A stretch of DNA of 64,000 nt from NCBI GenBank assembly GCA_964016885.1, contig OZ024740.1, positions 164,424,001 through 164,488,000 of the forward strand, in the 5' to 3' direction. The first letter of the stretch is position 1. Every line of letters begins with the position of its first letter. The notes under the pieces are model-generated. The model was given only the letters and a program-made list of their open reading frames with translations, ran no database searches and was not told the DNA's origin. A program made the translations under genes and the position numbers. Below, one piece after another: positions 1 to 12,949 of this stretch. This DNA comes from Eledone cirrhosa (Eukaryota).

Positions 1-261
1 TTTGTATCCATGTTTTGTCGTTTCCTTGAACTATATATATATTGTGTCATTACCACGCACGTCACTACTCAATAAACGTAATGAAGACATAATAAATCGT
101 CCTTTTATTATTATAATTACACTCTGTTTAGTTCTACACCTCATTACTTACTGGAAACAACCTATCGAGTACTCACTCTGGTTTCATATTACCCACTCTT
201 CTGCCCCAAGTATCGAGTACTCAGGTGGGTTGTGGTCCACCTGATATTTTACCACACCCTA

Positions 262-343
<82 letters not shown>

Positions 344-529
344 ATACTTTGGGAGCGTCATATTGTTGTAATAATATTGCCAGAATTAATAACAGAACAC
401 ACTCACTGTTTGGTTCGTTTTCGCTTCTGTATCTTTTATATCAGTTAATTTATTCGGTCCTCAATGTTTACTATTGACTGACCAACGGTCAAAAACACAG
501 ATATAATATACACAAACACATATATATAG

Positions 530-578
530 TCTAACAAAGTTCTTTCGTTGCACATCTGCAACATCGTCAGTGGTGCTA
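530..578 (-). ncRNA. Antisense copy of the same hammerhead-like motif in the inverted pseudo-LTR
   Basis: tttcgttgcacatctgcaacatcgtcag at 543-570 is the exact reverse complement of the 3462-3489 motif. Confidence 0.7.
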
Positions 579-885
579 TTATGTTTCGTCCTGTTGAATT
601 GTATTCTACGCCATCAAAAACAAGAAACATAATAATAAAAGTAACAACCACAATGGTAGAAATAACAGTAACAACAACAATAGCAATAGAGAAAACAACA
701 CCAATATATCTAACAATCATAACAACAATACATCTAGCAATCAAAACAATAATAATAATGTTAATGATAGGAAAAACAACAACCACCATAATAACAATTA
801 TAGCAACACACACACCTATGACGATAGACATAATGACAACCCCTTAGAGAAACTATTCTTCAATCCAGCTGACAAAACATATCAG

Positions 886-3180
886 ATGGGTAACATTTAT
901 CCTACGAAGTTACCCTTTAATAAAAGGGTTTGTATACCACAACAAATAGATGACGAGACAGAGGCACAGTTCACCATAGCTAGAAATAAGATTAGACAAA
1001 TAGTAGACCAATATACTAAGAGACAAAGCAGACCAGAGGTCCAACAACCTGGAAGGAAACCTGTAGAACGCTTAGTTAGCCTCAAGCAGCGCACAAGGGA
1101 TGGTGAGGTAGTATGTCTACCCACGGATAAGTCTGGTAGGATGTCAATAGACAGCATGCCGAACTACATCAAGGCTATGCAACCCCACATACCAACACGA
1201 GCGAAATTACACAGCAAATACATGAGGGGAAGAGAGATCTTCAACGCTCACATGATGATGTGGACCGACATCCTAAAGCCAAGCAGACGCACTGCCAACA
1301 ACTTCCAGGCATCTAACAATGACATACCACCATTGTATGGACTCCGCAAAGACCATAAGACAGTCGAAGACCCGACAACAGGACCACCAACAAGACCTGT
1401 ATGCGGGGCCAATATCGCTAGCAACTACAGGATCTCCTACTTCCTCTCAATGGTTATACGCCCCATAATCAAGATGTCCCCCAGATGCATGTGACAGTAC
1501 AGAGGTCCTCCTCAGCAGAATCAGTGAGTACAAAAAAAAACCTATCCAACTGCATAATAGGCAGTATGGATGTGGTATGACTATACCCATCCATTAACAT
1601 TGATTTTGCTGTGGAAAAATGTGTGGAGATGATCATTGTGAGTGAGGTGGAGTTCTGCGACGTCGACACAGACGAACTGGGCCTCCTACTTAGATTTACC
1701 TATGACACTGACTACCTAGACAGCCATGATCTTAGCAGTTTCTTCCCCAGTAGTGCCATAAGAGGTAGACCCCCACCATAACCTCAATGTCAAAAAAGAC
1801 TCTCATGGGAAGGTGGATTGGGTGGACCAAAGCCATACGGACCCCCAAAAACAATGATCAGGTAAGAAAAATGGTCGCACATGCAATAGGGGCTAGTATT
1901 AAAACTACCCTAAAGGGCCACATATTCAAATTCAACGAGAATATCTACACCAAAAATGAGGATCAGCCATTGGCGTCAGCATAGCTGGTGACGTTGCCAA
2001 CCTTTTTATGGTATGGTGGGAAAGGAGACTCAAAGATCTCCTTGATGAGAGCTACATAGACCTCATCATGTACTCTCGTTACGTAGACGACATTAATATA
2101 GTAATAAGAACATCCCCACAAGAGAGTACTAACAAGTATGATTTAGAATGTAGCATAATGGAAAGCATACAGCAGATAGCTAATTCCATACACCAGAGTA
2201 TAACTCTAACTATCAACTACCCTTCCAAACACCCTAACGATAGACTACCTGTATTAGAGACGCAACTCTGGATTAACACTATAGACGAGAGAGCCCAAAT
2301 TCTCCACTCACACTACGCTAAACCCATGGCCTCCAAATACCTGATACTCAAAAACTCAGCAATGTCTAGTGGTGCTAAGTTTAATATTCTGATCGCAGAC
2401 TTGGTACGAGTGATGAAGAACGTGTCCCGCATGTGCGACCCAACATAAATGGAAAGACACATCCAACACTTCATCAACCGCATGCAGTTCTCTGGCTACA
2501 ACCAAAGAGACAGAATAAGAGTATACAAAGGAGCCACAGAGAAGTATAAGACCCTCAAAGGACTGGACATGAAAGAAATTTGCCCATTATACAGGAGCAA
2601 ATCATGGAATAGTTTAGATAGGACTAAACATGAGATAGGGAAAGCCACCGAGATACCAGAGTGTCATGTTCGTGGACGCTACCCCTGGAGGGAAATTAGC
2701 TAACCAGTGTAGAAAGGCCCTGAGAAAGACCCACTTAAAAATAAGGTGGTAGAAAAGCCAGGAACCACCATAAAATCCCTGATCAGCAAAACCTACCCTT
2801 TTAAGAAAACCCACTGTACCAATAGGAAATGTATCATATGTAAGGTGAACCCCCGGATAAAATGTAAAACTAGAAACGTAGTCTATAGCATAAGATGTAC
2901 AGAGGGTACTTGCAGAAACATGACAACAACATACATAGGTGAGACAGCTGGTAGCATGTGAAAGGATAGACCAACACTGGAGGAACCTAAAAGGAAGAAA
3001 AAACGGTTCAGTATTATAAGAACACGCCAGGCAACAATATGACGGTAACATAGACAACATAGAAATTAGAATAATATCTAAACATAGAAATGACCGAGCA
3101 GATAGGCAAATCAGAGAGGCCAGTGAAATAGAACTTAGAAGGCCACAGCTAAACAGAAAATATGAATGGAATAACAACAG
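886..3180 (+). pseudogene. Disrupted PLE reverse transcriptase/GIY-YIG endonuclease ORF
   Basis: ORFs 886-1494, 1787-1984, 2008-2448 (YSRYVDD), 2449-2703 and 2746-2961 (VVY..C..YIGET) are collinear but broken by stops and frameshifts. Confidence 0.85.
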
Positions 3181-3453
3181 CACCCAAACAAACAATACTG
3201 ACCTAAGAGAAATATAAATAAATAAATAAATATACACACAAGCACAATAACAACAAACACATATAAACACACACTAGTAAACTAAGATAGAATACAATAA
3301 CCAAAACACAGTCACCCAAACGCGAACACATATCAAACGCTATACACACACGCAAACGCATGCGCAGAGAAGAAGACAAAAATAAATAAATAAATAAATA
3401 TACAGATTAGATAAAAATGGCGTGGACATACAATACAACAGGAGGAAACATAA

Positions 3454-3500
3454 TAGCACCACTGACGATGTTGCAGATGTGCAACGAAAGAACTTTGTTA
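3454..3500 (+). ncRNA. Hammerhead-like motif in PLE 3' pseudo-LTR
   Basis: CTGACGA(3462-3468)-T-GTTGCA gatg TGCAAC-GAAA(3486-3489). Perfect 6-bp stem II; stems I and III weak. Confidence 0.7.
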
Positions 3501-3714
3501 GACTATATATATGTGTTTGTGTCCAAATTATATCTGTATTTTTGACCGTTGGTCAGTCAATGGTAAACATTGTGGACCGAATTAATTAACTGATATAAAA
3601 GATACAGAAGCGAAAACCAACCAAACAGTGAGTGTGTTCTGTTATTAATTCTGGCACTATTATTACAACAATATGACCCTCCCAAAGTATAACAATATTT
3701 GTTTCGACACACGA

Positions 3715-3870
3715 TTTCAGAAGATCCCGTTAAGGGTGAAAGCAGCGATTTTTTGCTTAAACTTTAATCTGTTATTTTAATAAATATTTGCTCTAAGGTT
3801 CTTATATATTTGATATATATTTATCCTTATCGAGCCCTCTTTGGATTTTAGTCTTCAAATTTATTATTAT

Positions 3871-3876
<6 letters not shown>
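3715..3876 (+). mobile_element. Repeat fragment with variant hammerhead (CAGAAGA core), ending in (TA)n
   Basis: Near-identical reverse complement at 59972-60134. Shorter copies at 27247-27309, 31845-31913 and 60840-60880. Confidence 0.8.
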
Positions 3877-3909
<33 letters not shown>

Positions 3910-4659
3910 ATTGATTATCTGTCTAGTTATTTTCTACGGCTAAGAGGAAAGACTAGGTACATTTTATCTGACTGTTCCTCACAGAGGATGGTCTGTGACA
4001 TTTTTCTGTTATTTCTTCAAAGTTACATTTTAAACAATAACAACTAACATTAACTAAATAATATCAACTACGAACGTTACTTTATGCAATTATCAAACAT
4101 TAAAAATATTTAAAAAAAATAACAAAACACTTACTCAGAAATAAATAAAAAATGGCAGACATAGAAGATTTCCCGAAATAACAAGAATCAGTTTAAGTAA
4201 AACATATAAAGAACAATTTAAAGAAGACCACTAAAAATTGTTTGAATAACGTAGAAAACATTCAACCCCACCCTTTCCAATAAAAAATAAAACGTAAGAA
4301 AAGAAGAGGAAAAACACAATGAAGAGAATATCGCTATACTAATGGAATAAGCAATGTTTGAGGGGCGGATAATTTAGCTCATGGTTCCACTAACTCATCC
4401 ATCAACTTAACGAATCTAACATCTCTATGTTACTTAAACCAGAATAACGGACAAGGCAAATTTATCAGTATCGCTTTACAAGTTCTCATATTAAAAGCAC
4501 TAATGATTATATACATACACACATACACAGTCTACAACTCCCTGCCGCTCTCGTTCATATACAGGCCTTCTTTGCAATCATGTATTATATACATTCATGA
4601 ATGTGTGCAATTTATGGAAACTCACTCACACATACATTCGTTCATAAATACACACTCAT

Positions 4660-4770
<111 letters not shown>

Positions 4771-4829
4771 TGTGTGAGTGTATGTCGTTTGTGCATCTCT
4801 CTCTCTCTCATTCTATATTCACACACTTA

Positions 4830-4940
<111 letters not shown>

Positions 4941-5061
4941 TGAAGAATCAGAAATGTGAAACAGTATCACAATGCAGAAGATGGACCTTTTTGAATCATA
5001 CCTCTGATAAGATAGACATACGCTACTTTATATAAACACAAACGTTTACCAATTCACCGCC

Positions 5062-5140
<79 letters not shown>

Positions 5141-5393
5141 AAATGTATGTGTGTGTATGTGGGTACGTATTTATGCAAACACAGAAATAAGCAAATACAC
5201 ACATACGCTGACAATCACTCTCACGTATGTATACATACATCATGCACATAAAAGTTCTGATATTCTACTGTATATTATACCATATATAAACATGTGTGTA
5301 TTTAGATATACATAGATATATTGATCATCTAACTAGGTAAATAAGAATTTACCCCCACAAATACACTCACACACATACACATACACACACATA

Positions 5394-5428
<35 letters not shown>

Positions 5429-5457
5429 AGGGCGGTGAATTGGTAAACGTTTGTGTT

Positions 5458-5496
<39 letters not shown>

Positions 5497-6416
5497 ATAT
5501 ATAGGTATATATATATATACATATGTACATATATACACTGTTGCTTCATCTGGCTGTGTTGGGTGTATGGAACTCATTTATCAATAAATTTATTTCTGGT
5601 ATGGGTTGTGGTTTTCCTGTTTATTATGCGGTGAGCGCTGTTTCTTTTTTCTTTGTGTGTGTGGATATAAGGAAATGTTTTTGCATTACTTAAAAATTAA
5701 GTTAACTTTATTCAATAACTGTGAAGTCGTGTGCCTGTGTGTGTGTATGTTTTTATGCGGATGAGTATGCAACTGGATGTATGTATACATATTCGTATAT
5801 ATGTCCCTATATTGCTCTACACTTGCCCTTCTCTATGATGCATGCTGTCCTGTATGACCAGTACACTCACATTCCAATCTAGAAATTACTTTACTTTATA
5901 TATTCCCCTGCACCATCACGCTTAACAAAACAAGTTAAATTATTTCACCCAAATTACCTACTTTAACCACCAATCTAATTAACTATCCTCGTAGTTACAT
6001 TTAAACACCTGCACTGAATTTCCGAAAAACATAATTCCGCAAACAAATTACTCTAATTTCTTTTTATATTGATAGAGAAATCCTTCACAAGAAAATAAAA
6101 ACAACTACAAACCCATTGTCTGTTATTCTACAGACGAAAATAGTAAACAATCCAAACAAATATTAATAGCAACACTGCTTCCTCGAAACACAAATAAACT
6201 CATATATCAGTACTGCCACTTATTCTATATGCCAAAACCACCCCAATTCTTCTGTCTAACTCAGAAGTTCTCAAACTTTTTGAGTCACCGCCCCTCTCAC
6301 AACCACGTAATACCCTCAGCTCTTCCCAAACCTATCTCCAGAGAGACCTGCCTACAGGCAAATTGTAAATAATGTATAATAAATAAAATCGTTAATTTAT
6401 ATATAACAAATAATAT

Positions 6417-6603
6417 AATTGTTTCTACTTTTGGCACAAGGCCAGCAATTAACCAGTGCATTACTGGTACTTTATTTTATCGACCCCGTAAGGATGAAAG
6501 GCAAAGTTAACCTCGGCGGGATTTGAACTCAGAATGGCAAGGTCCGTAACTCTATGCGTCAAAGCATGGCGTCCGACCCTCTACCGATACTGCCAATCCA
6601 CCT
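6417..6603 (-). mobile_element. tRNA-derived SINE (octopod-like family)
   Basis: Reverse strand shows A-box TGGCAGTATCGG, B-box GAGTTCAAATCC and 3' tail ggccttgtgccaaaagtagaaacaat shared with other copies. Confidence 0.85.
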
Positions 6604-6640
6604 ATACAATGTGTAGATACATATTATATGTTTAATATTA

Positions 6641-6829
6641 AGGGCGGTGAATTGGCAGTATCGGCAGAGGGTCGGACGCCATGCTTTCCAACATAGTTAC
6701 GTCCCTTTACGATCTGAGTTCAAATCCTGCCGAGGATGACTTTGCCTTTCATCCTTACGGGGTCGATAAAATAAAGTACCAGTAATGCACTGGGTAATTG
6801 CTGGCCTTGTGCCTAAAGTAGAAACAATT
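6641..6829 (+). mobile_element. tRNA-derived SINE, full length
   Basis: gggcggtgaattggcagtatcgg...tctgagttcaaatcc...aagtagaaacaat. Confidence 0.9.
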
Positions 6830-7293
6830 ATATATTTTATATTTTACTATATTTATATATAATATGTATCATTTGATATTTAATATATTATTATATCATC
6901 TCTACCCCCCACCACCGCCCACTTAGGCCGCAACGTCTCCTGGACCTTCTCAAGCCCCCATGGCGTGGCGGTAGCGCCCACTTAGAGAACCTCTAGTCTA
7001 ACTAATCTTAAAATATATCAATTAACACATAACTACAATTCTTTCACATGAAAAATAGTTCACAACGTCTTTGAACAATCCTTCTCAGCATGAAACTTAT
7101 ACAAATTCCTCAACTTACCAACCTTTTTTCATTTTTCATTAATAAAACTCTGTAGCTTAAACAATTCTTTCTACACGATAAAAACAAACATGAAACCCCA
7201 CAAAACCATCAGCACAGCTAAGCTATTCAAATGCACAAAAGATCATTAGTAAATAAACCAACACCACGTGCTTTTGTTCGCACACAATAAAAT

Positions 7294-7480
7294 AATTGTT
7301 TCTACTATAGGTACAAGGCCAGCAATTTTAGGGGAGGGGAAAGTCGATTAAATTGACCTCAGTGCTTACTGGTACTTTATTCTATCAACCCCTTAAGGAT
7401 TAAAGACAAATCTAGCCTCGGCGGGATTCTAATCTAGAATGTAAAGGGCAATAACTATATGCTGCAAAGCATGGTGACTG
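7294..7480 (-). mobile_element. tRNA-derived SINE (diverged)
   Basis: Same tail and body as the other copies, with an extra ggggaggggaaagtcgatt segment. Confidence 0.75.
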
Positions 7481-7670
7481 ATGAATTAATAAGTATAAAA
7501 ACTATAACCCAGTGCAGCAATGAATATCTCAAATAAGCATGTTTCTGACGCCCCACGCAGACAGATAACGAAAGTTGAAATTTCGAAACTACTGCCCCTT
7601 GTTTCTTAATAAAATGTATTCCTCACGTATTGAGTAATCAATACATACACATAGACACCATCACACACCA

Positions 7671-7709
<39 letters not shown>

Positions 7710-7876
7710 CTCTCTCTCTCCCTCTCTCTCTCACGCATATATTTAACCATTGTGGAATTCCATTTCATTCCATAGTAAAGGCATATATGTTGATATATAA
7801 TACTGTATTGTATTAGCCACACACACGCCGCTTATGTATATTGTGCGACGGACTTATCTGTTTGATTACATGAGTG

Positions 7877-7915
<39 letters not shown>

Positions 7916-9660
7916 AACGTATATATATATAATATATATGTGTGTTTGTATGTGTGTGTGTGTGTGTGTGCATGTGTAATAACCAGAGTAAATATACACT
8001 CCTTTTGAAAGAAATATATAAACATGCGTGTGCATTCAGCCGCACGTTACTTCAGTAATAGATGCATACGTATATCCATAAGAACACGCATGCTTATTTA
8101 TTTAGAAATTGTTTATTTCCATTATTTTAATATAGCCTTTTCTCTTGCTCAATTAAGTTGTCACTTAATTTGAAAACCTTGTTTACAAATAAATGACACA
8201 AGGGGCTAGAAAGCCAACCTGCCCTGTGAACTCAATTTCTCTTGTTCCCATTTGAATCATCACAAAACCAAAACAAAATAAAGAAAGAAATTAAAGAATA
8301 CCGCTGAAAAGAATAGGAAAAACAAAGACAAACGCAACATCATTATAAAAAAAAAGTAAGAAGTAAGAATGAATGTCAAATCCTTTTGCTATAGTTCCAT
8401 CCATATCTGTTACGTTATTCTATGAAAGGAGACATTAACTTTCACGCAAAGACGACAGAATTGCCTTCCTGCAAAAACGCATTCCTTATGAGAGAATACC
8501 TATGTCAAAATCAACCTCCAAGGTCAATTTTGAACATTACACAAGATTTCTGTCTCCGCTTATGCAGTCAACAACATTTTTCTGACAGCTATAACACTCT
8601 TTATACCTCACCATCTCAAACAGTCATCTTGCATATTAAACTAAATTTCTGTAAGAATCACAAATGTTATGCTGGACAGATTCAGCTTTCATTTTATAAC
8701 TGTTTCTTTGTTTTAACTAGGCACAAAATGTTTGGGGGAAGTAATATTTATGCATTTTCCCAAATCGTTAATAAAAGAAGTAATCGATTCCATGATAGAC
8801 CTTATAATTTAGGCGAAAACTCTCTATCTTATTCAGAAAGTCACACATTTTTGAGATTTAGTACTTGATTGTACTTTATTCCATTAAGCTTGAAATGATG
8901 AAAGGCAATTTTAGCACCAACAGCATGTCACATACTCCACATATTGATATGTATAAAATCACCATAAACACGAAAAAGTATTTACATTGATAATTGCAAA
9001 TACATTTATCACTGTCATTAGATGAGGGGAAAAAGTGAATTATTTTCAACTTGGTATCGAAATTAAGTTGACTTGGCTAATCTGGAATACCCAGTTCAAT
9101 ATATACACAGTTTTTACTTTAACATGATTTTCTCTTTTTTTTAGCACTACGCATATAAACAAGACCGTGAAGTGTAAAAACAAAGTTTGTTGTGTATTGT
9201 GTTACTTCTATTTACATTATGGATTCGAATTCAACCATTGGCAAGAATTAGCTTCTTTACTGTATGATATTTACTATAATTTAAAATGTGCTGTAATGTG
9301 CCAAATTCTGTTTGGTGTAATCCACTGCAGGGCAATGTATTGTAGTAATCGTCTTGGATGTAAATAAAGATGCGATAATTTATATTGGCTCGAGTATATT
9401 TTGATGCATATATTTCAAATTATATCTTGTTTGTTGAGAATATGAATGTAAATTGGCAGTTAAAAAAACAGAAATAATTAAGATAAAACATGGAAGAAAT
9501 GCAATATTGTGTTGATTTTAAGGAAAACAAAACCAAAATACAGTATGACACTACTTAATGACTTGATATAACCTACGAAATAAAGGTCGGCAGTTGCAAG
9601 AGCGGGCGAACCAGTTCAGTTCGAAATGTCTCGACGATTGTCCCTCTTGCTTTTGCTTGC

Positions 9661-9691
<31 letters not shown>

Positions 9692-9725
9692 AGTGTGAAA
9701 GCAGAAGCAAGAGGGACAATATATA

Positions 9726-10385
9726 TATATAAAATCAGGGAGTGTAAACACAGAAAATATCCTAAAAGTATATAAAAAATATATAGATTCCAAAAAATTC
9801 ACTCTACTTACTATATGTGCCCTTACTGCGGTTTCAGATCCCAAACAAATAGATAATCCAAGCGGATTTCCATTGAGAAAGAGATCCTTGTCAGAAAGCT
9901 TTTCTCCCTCGGAGAATATAAAATTCCAGAGTTCAAATTAAAAACTGGCACCATACAAAACTGCCCCAGAATGAGAATAAATGAATGATGAAACAATTTT
10001 GTCTAGTACCGTGTACAGAAAGCAGGGTGGACAGGTCAATCCCGTGCTGCTAAAAATAGCAGCTGTTCAAACGACCAAAGGTTTCTCCACTGTTAGAGAG
10101 AATAATATTAAAGGTATATGTTCCTACACATAGGGACATAAGTATAGTCCGACCATATGCTAATGTGATTCAATGGCAAGTTAATAAATTAACAAGCCAG
10201 AATCAAGGAGTGTAAACACAGAAAATGTCCTAAAAAATATATAAAAAATATATAGATTCCAAAAAATTCACTGTACTTACTATATGTGCGCTTACCGCGG
10301 TTGTGTTCTAGCTTGTTAATTTATTAACTTGCCATTGAACCACATTAGCATACGGTCCGACTATACTTATGTCCCTATGTGTATT
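9726..10385 (-). mobile_element. Non-coding hammerhead-bearing element (469-nt unit, direct repeat plus inverted arm)
   Basis: 9731-9832 is repeated at 10201-10302 (offset 469). 10125-10197 is inverted at 10309-10383. HHR at 9819-9899. Confidence 0.85.
9819..9899 (-). ncRNA. Type-I hammerhead with extended stem II
   Basis: GCTTT-CTGACAA-GGATCTC..(aatcc gctt ggatt)..GGGATCT-GAAA-CCGCAG-TA-AGGGC. The partner copy has palindromic ACCGCGGT helix III. G8 is mutated to A. Confidence 0.7.
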
Positions 10386-10403
10386 AATTACATGAAAAAA
10401 AAA

Positions 10404-10694
10404 ACGAGGTGTCCTACACAAGTGAAAGTATAAGGAAAAAAGATGAAATCGAAAATGCAACTGGAGTCTTTTTTTTTTTAAATATATATTTATTTGGTTC
10501 CTTTACCCGTTTCGCAGTTCTTCTGCTTTTCAAAAGTAGAATTGAGATGGAGCGTTTGTCGTTACAAACCCTCCATCTCAATCCTACTTTTGAAAAGCAG
10601 AAGAACTGCGAAACGGGTAAAGGAACCAAATAAATATATATTTAAAAAAAAAAAAAAAAAATACTCCAGTTGCATTTTCGATTTCATCTTGTTT

Positions 10695-10701
<7 letters not shown>
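10404..10701. mobile_element. Fold-back (palindromic) element with a minimal hammerhead in each arm
   Basis: 10429-10559 pairs with 10564-10701. CTT-TTGAAAA-GCAG aagaa CTGC-GAAAC GG GTA-AAG at 10587-10622 (+) and 10501-10536 (-). Second family member at 62663-62943. Confidence 0.85.
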
Positions 10702-10769
<68 letters not shown>

Positions 10770-10783
10770 TTTTAATATAGATG

Positions 10784-10834
10784 AGATTCTACAGGACTAG
10801 AACTGTTTCATTCTTCAGAAATTATCAGGGATCT
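10784..10834 (-). ncRNA. Type-I hammerhead-like motif (decayed)
   Basis: AGATCC-CTGATAA-T-TTCT ga AGAA-T-GAAA-CAG ttctagtc CTG-TA-GAATCT, just before a (TA)n tract. Confidence 0.6.
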
Positions 10835-11289
10835 GGGTATCAAAAAATAATTATGGTATATATATAGGTCTCTACAAGTGGTAGGAGAGAGTGGGGAGTG
10901 GGATGGGTGTAGGTCATTGGTTGACAGAATTCATTAGAAGCTAATTCAACAAAGCTATAGTTTATTTTTATTTTTAGAGTAACAAAGGCAGGAAGAATTC
11001 TATAAACAGGTTCAGGATGGCATGCCAATCCTTATTAAGCTAATAGGTGTCTATAAAATCAGTGGGGGTCAGTCACGGTAGATAGATTTAAAGGAAAGGG
11101 AAATTCTTAAAAGCTAAATTCTTTACTAAGTGACAAGGTTTAGAGAATTCTGTAGACAAATTCAAAATATTGAGTGCATATCTTACTATTGTCGTCAAAT
11201 TTCTCTTAAACTATTCAACTATATGCCAAAATTAACAGACACATTCACAAAACACACTCACTCATACACTCGCGCGCACCCATAGACAC

Positions 11290-12570
11290 ACCCACGGCTG
11301 AAATTAGCGACCTTGTGGGCTTGTACATCCTACATCAACTGAAGAACCTATTTACCGGCCTAACCGGAGGTTTATACCGAGACGACGGCCTCTTTGCCCT
11401 GCATAGTGTTAACCCCAGGACTACTGATGGGTTTCGGAAAAACTTAAGCTCTTTCTTCTCTAATCTAGGATTTAGTATAACTATAGAATCTAATATGACT
11501 AGGGCCAACTTCTTAGATGTCACTCTCGACCTAGATACTTCCCTCTATTACCTGTACCACAAACCTAACGAGTCCCTTAGATATATTAACGTTAATTCAA
11601 ACCACCCCCAAAACATCACTGATAACCTTGTAAAAAGCGTCTCTATTAGAATATCTGGCCTCTCTGCCAACAAAGATATTTTTAACGCATCTGCCTCCTA
11701 CTACAATGACGCCCTCGCTCGCAGCGGATTTAAAGAAAAGATAACATACTTAGAAACCACCGCAAGATTGCAGAGGAGGAATAGACATAGGCAGATTAGC
11801 TGGTACAACCCTCCCTTCAATAGAGAGGTCTCTACCCCGATAGCTAGGATTTTGTTCACTTTGCTGAAATTACACTTCCCCGAACAACATGGGAACCACA
11901 CCATCCTTAATAAGAACACAATAAGACTCTCCTACTCCACCACACCTAACCTAGCTAGGAATATAGCCAACCACAATTCTAAAAAATTAAATAAGCCAAC
12001 CACCTCCGAACCCAATCCCCGGACTGGGGCGCTGTGTAATTTCCTAAATAAGGAAGCATGCTGCCTTGAAAACAAATGCCTCACAAATGATATCGTATAC
12101 AAATGCGATGTCATCTCAGGCACCGATGATTGCAAAAAAACTTACATCGGCAAGACCTCCAACAACTTTAAGACCCGTTGGTATGCCCATACCCACTCCT
12201 TCAGAAGACCGGACAAATCAAACCAGACAACACTCGCCTCCTATGTTTGGGACCTCAAAAGGAACTCCACCCCCCTCACACTTAAATGGAAAATACTCCA
12301 GAAAGCGCGCTCTTACAACGGAGGACACAAAGGGCTGCGACCTCTGTATCTCAGAGAGCTACGAAATTTTATTCGCCAAGGGCCCGCTACTGAACAAACT
12401 CTCTGACCACTGCCCGAACTGCATGCACAAGAACTTTGCAACTTTCAAACACTTTAAGCCAGTGTTAAAGCCCGATGGCTAAAAACGACTGCCCCCTATT
12501 GGCCCTTATTCCTCCTTACCACCCTACCCCCACCCCTCCTCAACCTGAAATACGGCCACTATGGTTATGT
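11290..12570 (+). mobile_element. 5'-truncated Penelope-like element (Hydra-clade-like RT + GIY-YIG)
   Basis: ORF 11315-12406: GLYRDDG, NFLDVTLDL, YHKPN..YINVNSNHP, WYNPPF, IVYKC..YIGKT..FKTRW..H, LKWKIL. After a frameshift: CDLC..E..LLNK....NCMH. Confidence 0.9.
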
Positions 12571-12845
12571 GAGTGCCTCTTACCTATCTGCATTCTCTGC
12601 CTGTAGAGCTGTTTTTATGTGCCTGTGTATATGCGTATATTTATTGAGTACTTATTTATTTGTTAGTGTACATATTTGTCTGTATGTATGTATATGTATG
12701 TGTATGTTTATGTATTGTATGTATGAGTATGTGTGCACATATGTATGTGTGTGTGTGTGTATATATATTTATATGTGTATTTATGTGTATATCTGTATGT
12801 ATGGGTATACGTGTATGTATGTGCATGTGTGTATATATATATGTG

Positions 12846-12900
<55 letters not shown>

Positions 12901-12949
12901 ATATATGTATGTGTATATATGTGTATGTGTGTTTATATTTATATAAACA

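Larger units (their letters stand above)
338..3698 (+). mobile_element. Penelope-like retroelement (decayed RT + C-terminal GIY-YIG), 5'-truncated, with inverted 5' copy of its 3' pseudo-LTR
   Basis: Frameshifted ORF pieces 886-3180 carry PLE motifs (PTDKSG, LYGLRKDHK..PTRPV, MDVV*LYPSI, IAGDVANLFM, RYVDD, CKTRNVVYSIRC..YIGET). 338-614 is the reverse complement of 3417-3698. Flanked on the left by (TA)n. Confidence 0.9.
6262..6995. mobile_element. hAT-type non-autonomous DNA transposon (MITE) with two nested SINEs
   Basis: Imperfect TIRs CAGAAGTTCTC / GAGAACCTCTA and a perfect 8-bp TSD GTCTAACT at 6254-6261 and 6996-7003. Confidence 0.8.

Noticed and set aside
1575-1582. In-frame TGA in the PLE RT as possible selenocysteine
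   Set aside because: It falls at the S/A position of the DV.SLYP motif in an ORF with many other lesions, so ordinary decay is the simpler explanation.
6641-6735. tRNA gene
   Set aside because: A and B boxes are present but there is no cloverleaf, and it continues into a multi-copy SINE body.
9590-9645. GAGC..GTTC-GAAA hairpin resembling a hammerhead
   Set aside because: No recognisable CTGANGA box and no stem I.
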